Source of the DNA: Octopus bimaculoides
Taxonomy: Eukaryota
DNA: 44,117 bases
Assembly: GCF_001194135.2 (NCBI RefSeq)
Contig: NC_069005.1
Coordinates: 22,223,974 to 22,268,090 of the forward strand
Direction: 5' to 3'
The position numbers and the translations under genes were made by a program. Below the pieces are notes generated by a model. That model was not told the origin of the DNA. It did not search any database and was given only the letters and a program-made list of their open reading frames with translations. Within the stretch, counting starts at the first letter, position 1, and each line of letters starts with the position of its first letter. This document shows positions 35,968 through 44,117 of this stretch, piece by piece.

Positions 35968-36253
35968 TGTTGACAAACAAACAACGGCACTAATTTTATT
36001 CAAGGGAAAAGATCCCATGACACCGTTGTCTACATTCCACGGCATTAATTGTTTTCACCTCAATAGACGTCAGTGATTGGTTGAAATTACCGAAATACGA
36101 CAATTTTTTACATGAAATAACTTCGAATACAAAATTTTTTATCTGTTCTATAATACAAAATATACAAGTATACGAAGTTTGAAAGTGTTTCGGTACCAAA
36201 AACACGACATAAAACATTAATGAAAAATGTTGCCCGTCAAACCAAAAAGATCC
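35968..36253 (-). mobile_element. Partial copy of the GGATC-TIR element (left arm, rest in gap)
   Basis: Reverse complement of 36913-37185; ends tgttgcccgtcaaaccaaaaagatcc. Confidence 0.9.
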
Positions 36254-36912
36254 GCTGGGAGTTTCACACAACGTACCTGTTTTGGTGATGGTATTTTTTG
36301 TGACAATAACTTTTTGACACTGGAGGTAAACATGCACATGCATCCACCCGCGCACACGTATGCATAAAATAATAACACCAACCCGCGAAGGTTCTGTCTC
36401 TAACCACCTCAGAGACATCCTCAACGCCATAAAAAAGGGCCACCTTTTGCATTACGTCGTTCAGAACTCCAACCTCATGCCCACAAAAATGCTGTCTTCC
36501 CCATTCTTTCTCTTCTCTCACTTTCTGTTTGTCTGATTCCCCAACCCACTCTCCCTGTCTGTCTGTATGTATGTATCTCTCTCTCTCTCTCTCTCCTACG
36601 GTTATTGCAGTGTCCGCTGCTCCTCAGAGCTGCTCTCGTCACCCATGTCTCTTTCCATCAAGTCCTGCACTAATCTCTGCTCCTAGTCTTCATTGCCTAG
36701 AAAGAAAAAGAAAGAAAGAGAGAAAGAGAGAGAAAGGAGAGAGAGTGTTTTTATTGTATACTACTTTCTTTTACATATTTATGTCGACGTATCTCTGTAT
36801 GTACCCTTATGTATGCGTCGATGTCACTGAGTGTATGAGCATGCGGGTTTATATATGTATGTATACATATATGTATGTATGCATATATCTATCTATCTAA
36901 TCTATCTATATG

Positions 36913-37725
36913 GGATCTTTGTGATTTGACGGGCAACATTTTTTTTGTAGTGTTTTTGGTACCGAAACACTTTCAAACTTCGAATACTTGTATATTTTGT
37001 GTTATAGAACAGATAAAAAATTTTGTATTCGAAATTATTTCATGTAAAAAAATTGTCGTATTTCGGTAATTTCAACCAATCACTGACGTCTATTGAGGTG
37101 AAAACAATTACGCCGTGGAATATAAACAACGGTGTTACGAGATTTTTTTCCCTTGAATAAAATTAGTCCCGTTGTTTGTCAACAACAACTATCAGCGGTA
37201 TATTTTTCGTTTGTCACTGTTATTTATGACATCGTTCGTGCGTTTGTACTGGTTTTAGCTTTAGGGTTTTAGGATTAGGGTTCGGGTTTTAGAGTTAGGG
37301 TTAGTTTTAGGATTACGGTTAGGGTTATGATTATTTTTGCCATAACCTTAACTCTAACCCTATAACTCATAACCATAACTCTAACCCTAACCCTAACCCC
37401 AACCCTAACCCTAAAACCCTAACCCTAAAACCCAAACCCTAACCATAGAACCTTAAACCCTTACTAGGGAATAATGATATAATTAAACAGGGAATAACAC
37501 ACTTGACACCGAACAGCAGTAACTGTATTCAGCTGAATAGACGTCAGTGATTGGTTGAAATTACAGAAATACGACAACTTTAACATGAAATAACTTGCGA
37601 TATATAATTTTTTGTTAAGAAGGCTAAGAGAAAAAGTTGTTTTGTATGACACATTCTACCAGTGTCCCAAGTTTGAAAGTGTTTCGTTAAGAAAACAAGT
37701 GTTGCCCGTCAAATCACAAAGATCC
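36913..37725 (+). mobile_element. Complete non-autonomous TIR element with internal telomere-like repeats
   Basis: Perfect 26-bp TIRs ggatctttgtgatttgacgggcaaca (36913-36938 and 37700-37725), diverged ~180-bp inverted arms, TTAGGG-like repeats at 37251-37329 and CCCTAA-like repeats at 37341-37462. Confidence 0.9.
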
Positions 37726-37746
37726 TCTATCTGCATATATTTGTGT

Positions 37747-37806
<60 letters not shown>

Positions 37807-38139
37807 CTTACGTACGTATACATACATACATATATATGTATACACGCATATACATATATATGTGTATATACGCATACACATGTATACATACATAAATATG
37901 GATGCGTATGTGTATGTGCGCGCGGCTGGACGTACGTATGTGTGTGTGTGTGTGTGTGTGCCTATGTAGATGAGTATATCGCTTTCAAGAATGATAGGTG
38001 ATATCTGGTTGCAATTCTTGTCAAATATTCTAGTTAACCCGTTGCTACATTATCTGTAAGGTAGCTTACCTCGTCTCTTTACATCGCCAGTGTCCTATTA
38101 ACTGAAATACTGCGGTAATGGTTAGCTTAAGAAATTGTT

Positions 38140-38400
38140 GAAGAAAGAGAAGGGGGAGAAGGGAGAGAGGGAGGGGGAGGAGGACGAGCTGAATAAGAAT
38201 GAGGAGGGAGGACAAGGAGGAAGAGGAGGAGGTGCAGGAGGAGGAGAAGTATAAAGAATGAGAAGAAAAATTAGATGATGACGAAGAAGAAGAAAATGGT
38301 GATGATGGAGGAGGAAGAAGAAGACAAGGAGATGAATATGAAGAATGAGAACAAGAAAAATAAGAGCAACAGCAACAACAGATGAGAATATTAAAATAAA
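38140..38400. repeat. Purine-rich (GAG)n/(GAA)n low-complexity tract
   Basis: Directly visible. Confidence 0.9.
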
Positions 38401-38787
38401 AATCAATACAAGGAATTGCTCCCCTATCATACAATTCCAAGAACGAAAACTCTTCAAAATAAACTCATTCGCCTCCCCATCATCTCCCCATCCCACGAAC
38501 AGATAACAAAAAACCTGACACTTAGACGACGTCCGTCTGTTTAACTGTACTCTGTGACCCCCAACTTACATATATTCACTATCAAATATACTCTATCTAT
38601 CTATCTATCTATCTAGCGATCTGTCTGTCTGTCGGTCTGCCTGTTTATATGTATATGCGTGTAAATGTATATATACGTGCGTGTGTCTGTGTACGTATGT
38701 ATGTTTGTATGTATGTATGTCTGCATATGTACGTGTATGTACATACATGTGCGTATGCGTGTGTATCTCTCTCTCATTCTCTTTCTC

Positions 38788-38845
<58 letters not shown>

Positions 38846-39174
38846 CACACACACATACATTCTTACATGGTAGAACATCTGACGAAGGAGCTTACAGCTC
38901 CTGTATCCAAGCTATACATCTTCATTTGTACCCATTGCCATAGGTGCACTTGCGCATGTTTGTGACAATAGATTTGCATAAAAGTCTCGGAATGCTGAAC
39001 TTCAATAAGAAAGAACAAAGTTAACCCACTCACATCTTCAAAATCCAACCGAGCAGAGGGTCTGTGAAGATTTGTGAAACACTTTCCACGTGTTCTCCAC
39101 TTGAGTCTCTTAAAAATGAGCAGATGCATGCAATCGTCTTATTATGCATCTTCTATTTTTTTATATTTTTATCT

Positions 39175-39518
39175 TTTATTTGTTTCAGTTATGAGACGGT
39201 GGACATACTGGGGCACCGCCTTGAAGAATTGAATGAATCGACCACAGTAATTTTTCTTTTGTTAAGCCTGGTATTTATTCCATCGGTGATTTTTGCCGAA
39301 CCGCTAAGTTACGGGGACGTAAACACACCAACACCGGTTGCCAAGCGGTGGTGGAGACAAACACAAGCACAAACACACGCACACAAGCTTCTTTCAGTTT
39401 CTACCTACGAAATCCACTCAAGGCTTTGTTCGGCCCGAGGTTTTAGTATGAGACATTACCCAAGGTGCCACGCAGTGAGATTGAACCTGGAACCATGTGG
39501 TTATGAAGCAAGCTTCTT
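39175..39518 (-). mobile_element. SINE family D body; its tRNA-like 5' tip lies at 41767-41786
   Basis: gccgaaccgctaagttacggggacgtaaac...ccaaggtgccacgcagtgagattgaacctggaaccatgtgg...gcaagcttctt. The continuation accacacagccacgcc appears only at 41767. Confidence 0.88.
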
Positions 39519-41752
39519 TATTTCATAAATTTTGCCATAAAGGCATTACATAGAGGGGACAAACAAAGACAAACAAACAAAGAAGTTGTGAGCTGGACAC
39601 AGACATTAATGAATGAAATGAATACAAAAAGATGAGTAAAAAAAATGGGAGAGGCACCGGCGCCCGCCGACCGACAACCTCTCGAAAACCTTGTTCAATA
39701 AAAATCATCAACAAAATCAAATTAAATCAAGTCCTATGGTCCTCCACATCCGGGCCCCCAAGCAAGATTGCTGCTGCCTGCAGGACAACCCGCAATGGCT
39801 GGCCCGACTTTATGATGATGAAGTGCTTCCTGTCACATATCCTTTCAACATTTTTTCCTTCCCTGACATATAAGACCTCTGCGGAGGCCAATTTGGATCG
39901 TCTATAGCGGTCGAGTCGTACCGTTGACGATCCAAACAATTATCTAGATAAAGCTGAGGTAACAGGATAACCCTTGAGGTAACNNNNNNNNNNNNNNNNN
40001 NNNNNNNNNNNNNNNNNNNNNNNNNNNNNNNNNNNNNNNNNNNNNNNNNNNNNNNNNNNNNNNNNNNNNNNNNNNNNNNNNNNNNNNNNNNNNNNNNNNN
40101 NNNNNNNNNNNNNNNNNNNNNNNNNNNNNNNNNNNNNNNNNNNNNNNNNNNNNNNNNNNNNNNNNNNNNNNNNNNNNNNNNNNNNNNNNNNNNNNNNNNN
40201 NNNNNNNNNNNNNNNNNNNNNNNNNNNNTCTCCCGTTTCTTTTCCTTTTATCGTCTGTGGGGTGTGGGGCCTCCACCGGCACACCCGGAGGGCCCTTCTC
40301 TTCACTCGCAGACTGCTCTTTAACTGGTGAGCAACTGCCGTTGCTTACCTTTCTTTTTCTATTCGTGGAGGCTTCCACCTCACGACTTTCACTATCTCCC
40401 CCTCCAATGGGGGGGGGACAACGGGCGCACTTTCTTTATCCTGCACCGGAGCCTTATCTCGGCCCCGAGGGCAGTTTTTCCTTATGTGTCCAGGCCTCAG
40501 ACATAGGTGGCATTTATGAGGGCGTCCCTCCAACATCACCGGGCACCTAAAGCCAGACACTTTCAGGAAATCAGGGAAGATCATTTCTGCTGCGGCTACT
40601 GGGGTACATAGGGTTAAATTGGCTTTAACCCCCTCCCAGTTCACCGTAGCAGTCAAGTTTACACTTAAGAGCCTGGGCCCATTATCCCCCAAGTCCTGCT
40701 GGATGGCATCAGCAATCCATCCGGCCTTGGTACCTGGGGGCAGTCCATATACCCAGGCTCTAACAACTTTTTTCCCGCAGTAAGAGGGGAAGAACAAAAT
40801 TTCCTCCCCCTGCAGGGGCTGGCTAGCCACAATAGCAGCCTCTTCAGGGGAGTCAAACAGCAACCACACCGTTGCATATTTGACTCCCCCTAGTTATGAA
40901 GTACCTTCTACTTTGCAAACAGCCTGCAAGTTCCTGCTCTATTTTTTCTCTTTTGAAGAGGGCAATGGCATTGCGTGACCTACAATAGATCCGCAAGGCC
41001 ACTGTCCTCTTTNNNNNNNNNNNNNNNNNNNNNNNNNNNNNNNNNNNNNNNNNNNNNNNNNNNNNNNNNNNNNNNNNNNNNNNNNNNNNNNNNNNNNNNN
41101 NNNNNNNNNNNNNNNNNNNNNNNNNNNNNNNNNNNNNNNNNNNNNNNNNNNNNNNNNNNNNNNNNNNNNNNNNNNNNNNNNNNNNNNNNNNNNNNNNNNN
41201 NNNNNNNNNNNNNNNNNNNNNNNNNNNNNNNNNNNNNNNNNNNNNNNNNNNNNNNNNNNNNNNNNNNNNNNNNNNNNNNNNNNNNNNNNNNNNNNNNNNN
41301 NNNNNNNNNNNNNNNNNNNNNNNNNNNNNNNNNNNNNNNNNNNNNNNNNNNNNNNNNNNNNNNNNNNNNNNNNNNNNNNNNNNNNNNNNNNNNNNNNNNN
41401 NNNNNNNNNNNNGTTCGCAATGCGAACGCAAAGTCTTTTCGGCTAAAAGAAATGCGAAGCGATAAATCTTTACTGCTGTGGAGCGCATACGCCCACTAGA
41501 AACAGCTAATACACAATTTGTTCTTATTGAACAACCACAAGAAACCCGCCAAGGCAAGCGAAAATGTCGCCAAGCTGAACAACAACCTGCTGAAAAAGAA
41601 TTTTAAAATACAAATTATTGCTCAGTTGAGCGACAAAACCGACCTACCTCGGCGAGTTCTTCAATGTTCCTTGTAATCCTTACTTGAACAGAGCCAAAAG
41701 GCTCATATCCACCTCGTTCAACTGCTGAAAGACAACTAGCTCTCCTGTCAGG
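39519..41752 (-). mobile_element. L1/Tx1-like non-LTR element, apparently ORF1-only
   Basis: Gag-like ORF1 remnant, TSD-like repeats at both ends, 3' end similar to SINE tail A, and no RT or endonuclease in the sequenced parts. It contains two N gaps. Confidence 0.65.
40229..41011 (-). pseudogene. LINE ORF1 (RRM-like segments + CCHC zinc knuckle), frameshifted
   Basis: GVKYATVWLLFDSPEEAA...VVRAWVYGLPPG...VMLEGRPHKCHLCLRPGHIRKNC contains exact C-x2-C-x4-H-x4-C spacing, followed by a basic, low-complexity tail in a shifted frame. Confidence 0.85.
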
Positions 41753-42189
41753 GAGGCAAGCTTTTTACCACACAGCCACGCCTGTGTTAATGTTTAAAAA
41801 AATCTTTTACTTCGGGAGGAGAGCAGAGCCAAAGGTCTTTTATAGGAACTTCTAAATTTGTGAAAAGTGGGAATACGTCGTCAACCCGAAGATTTTGTCT
41901 CAATGTTTGCAACAAAAGTGTTAACCCCACTAACGGCACCCAAGCTACCAGAAGATAGTACGTCGAGTGATGAGCTATCACCCAAGTAGATCATAGCAAA
42001 ATTGAACTAAGAAGTCAAAGAACTAGAACAAATATCGCAAGACGTCTGATTCGACGTTGTTACAGTTTCAATATTCTACCTGCGCTGGATTGGCACTTAG
42101 CTGAAGGAATGCAAGAAAGAATTGATCTTGGCGGGATTTGAACTGAGATCGCTTATAATCGGGACATTTACCACGAGGTACACATTCTA

Positions 42190-42793
42190 ACGCTTGCAGT
42201 CGAATGAAACGTCCTGCATGCAATAATTCAGTGTCTGATGTGTAAAGTAGCTGTTGTCGAGTGTAAGATGACTGTGAAGTGGAGATCGACGCACCACCTT
42301 CCCTTAGTAAGGAAGGGAAACAGATCTCTCTCTTTTTAGTGGCTATGGTAAAAGAGGCTTTGTGGTGGACCCGCCTGAAAGATTTGAAAACAAGCACTTT
42401 CCTATCTGGTCAAGCCCTCATAATTTCTTCAAATATCATCTGAAGAGGAAGGTGAGAGTAGAGAGGGAGGTGCTGCCTTCTAGTATGTTTATCAAAAGGT
42501 GGTCGACAGTGGCAAGACTGGTGAGACCGAATGGAGCGACTCTGAGCATGCTTTTCTAAGCAGGAGGAAAGAAACTGGAAGAGGGCACTTTCCTATGCCT
42601 TGGGGATGGCAGAGTAATCCAGGATTTTTGCGTACGGTTTACCCCAGATTACTCGAAGTGGACTTCCCCGCTATTGGGGATTCTGTTTATTTATTTATCT
42701 ATCTATTTATTTATTATTCATTTCCCTAATTTCTATTATATATCCTCTGTTATATCCTATATTTCGTTCAGCGCTGCTTAGTGCGCAATAATA
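42190..42793 (+). mobile_element. L1/Tx1-like LINE ORF2 C-terminus plus 3' UTR, 5'-truncated
   Basis: With frameshifts reads ET(V)LHAIIQC...LVAMVKEALWWTRLKDLKTSTFLSGQAL...NFFKYHLKRKVRVEREVL...FIKRWSTVARL*. The clade call rests on recalled motif similarity. Confidence 0.75.
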
Positions 42794-43802
42794 TACTTGA
42801 TATATGAATGTGCGTGAATGTGCAAGCGAGCGCTTTGTTTTTCTATATATATGTGTGTGTGTGTGTGTGTGTTAGTGCGGGCACGTGTATATATGTATGT
42901 ACGTACGTATGTATGCATGTATGGATGGATGAATGCATGCATATAATTTTTCAATAAGTTTGTTGTATCCCGTGCCTACGACTCTTATCATGGAACTATA
43001 TTACATGTATTCTTGCATTTTGTTGGCCTCAGTGTTCTAAGATTTTTTTGTTTCTAATCGCTATCACTTCAATGATATTGAAATCAATAACACAATCAGA
43101 GAAGCAGTGAGCTGAAAGTCTTCGGACTTAAAAAGTGCCGAAACTATGCTAATGCTAGCTCCCACAGCTGATGCGGGCTTTTCTGTTCAATTATCTACTT
43201 CCGTTAATCGATTCCATATCACGCTTTGGTTTTTACTACATACATTTCTAGTGTACACAGCTTTCCGTTAAGGTTCATCTATAAATGTTTTTCTTTCTCG
43301 CTGTGACCACTTTATTCCTCCTCTTCGTTAACTATTCCTATCTCTCACTTTTTCTTTCTTGTGATCACTGCCATTTACTCTTTTCTTTTACTTCTATTCA
43401 TCTTTCTTTCACGTTTTCTGTTTCCAAGTTCCTTGTTGTCAGCTGCTGTTGTTGCAACCGGATCGGATCCAACATTACCTTCTTTCTTTCTGTATTTCTT
43501 TCGGTGGACGTTGTCCAAATTGCACATTCTTAAACTCCTGTCCTTCATCTTTGTATTGCGACAAATGTCATATTCTTAGTTTCCTCCGGGGAAAATTATT
43601 CTTTTCAGTTCCCGGTCGAAAAACTAAAATTTTATTTATTGAATTGTGTAACAAGCATCTGCACATAATTTTCCGATTCAATCGTACTTTGTTTCCTTCA
43701 ATGTTCCAAGATTTTTTCCGCTGTACCATCTTGTTGTTCATGATCACTCATGTAGTACCATTAAAGTCATTGAAGTTTAAACTTGCCAAAAGAAGGTGAT
43801 TC

Positions 43803-44117
43803 GGATCTTTGAGGTTTGACGGGCAACATTTTTTTTGTAGTGTTTTTGGTACCGAAACACTTCCAAACTTCGAATATTTGTATATTTTGTGGTATAGAAC
43901 AGATAAAAAATTTTGTATCCGAAGTTATTTTATGTAAAAAAGAATTGTCGTATTTCGGTAATTTCAACCAATCACTGACGTCTATTGAGGTGAAAACAAT
44001 TAATGCCGTAACGGTGTCATGGGATCTTTTCCCTTGAATAAAATTAGTCCCGTTGTTTGTCAACAACAACTACCCGTGTTACTCTTATTTATGACATCGT
44101 TCGTGCGTTTGTACTGG
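43803..44117 (+). mobile_element. Third copy of the GGATC-TIR element (left arm, cut by the window edge)
   Basis: Colinear with 36913-37252; ends tgacatcgttcgtgcgtttgtactgg, just before the TTAGGG-like tract in the complete copy. Confidence 0.92.

Noticed and set aside
36375-36520. Protein-like reading (HLRDILNAIKKGHLLHYVV on plus; GHEVGVLNDVMQKV on minus)
   Set aside because: It has no polypyrimidine acceptor on either strand and no recognisable family.
37251-37462. Telomere-telomere fusion scar ((TTAGGG)n-(CCCTAA)n orientation)
   Set aside because: The array lies inside a TIR-bounded element whose other copy (43803-44117) has the same lead-in sequence, and it has no subtelomeric context.

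Overview
This is eukaryotic, AT-rich, repeat-saturated DNA from a gapped draft assembly with many N runs. The repeat families suggest a cephalopod (octopus-like) genome; that is an inference from recalled repeat consensus, not a database result. I can support no intact host protein-coding gene, rRNA, true tRNA or CRISPR array, and most ORF-track entries are microsatellite translations or run through gaps. The window contains TA/CA/GA and trinucleotide microsatellites, four tRNA-headed SINE families, decayed Tc1/mariner and hAT elements, several foldback (inverted-repeat) elements, and non-LTR retrotransposon relics (RTE, R4/Dong-like, L1/Tx1-like, Penelope-like). Five observations stand out. 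(1) A ~2.2-kb L1/Tx1-like element appears to carry only ORF1, splits a SINE with a target-site duplication, and shares its 3' tail with a SINE subfamily. (2) Two minimal hammerhead-ribozyme motifs share an extra core nucleotide. (3) An 813-bp TIR-bounded element carries head-to-head TTAGGG/CCCTAA-like repeats and an invariant CCAAT+CRE motif. (4) Several near-loopless palindromic elements occur. (5) The SINEs are modular and nested. A few micro-exon candidates are reported at low confidence.
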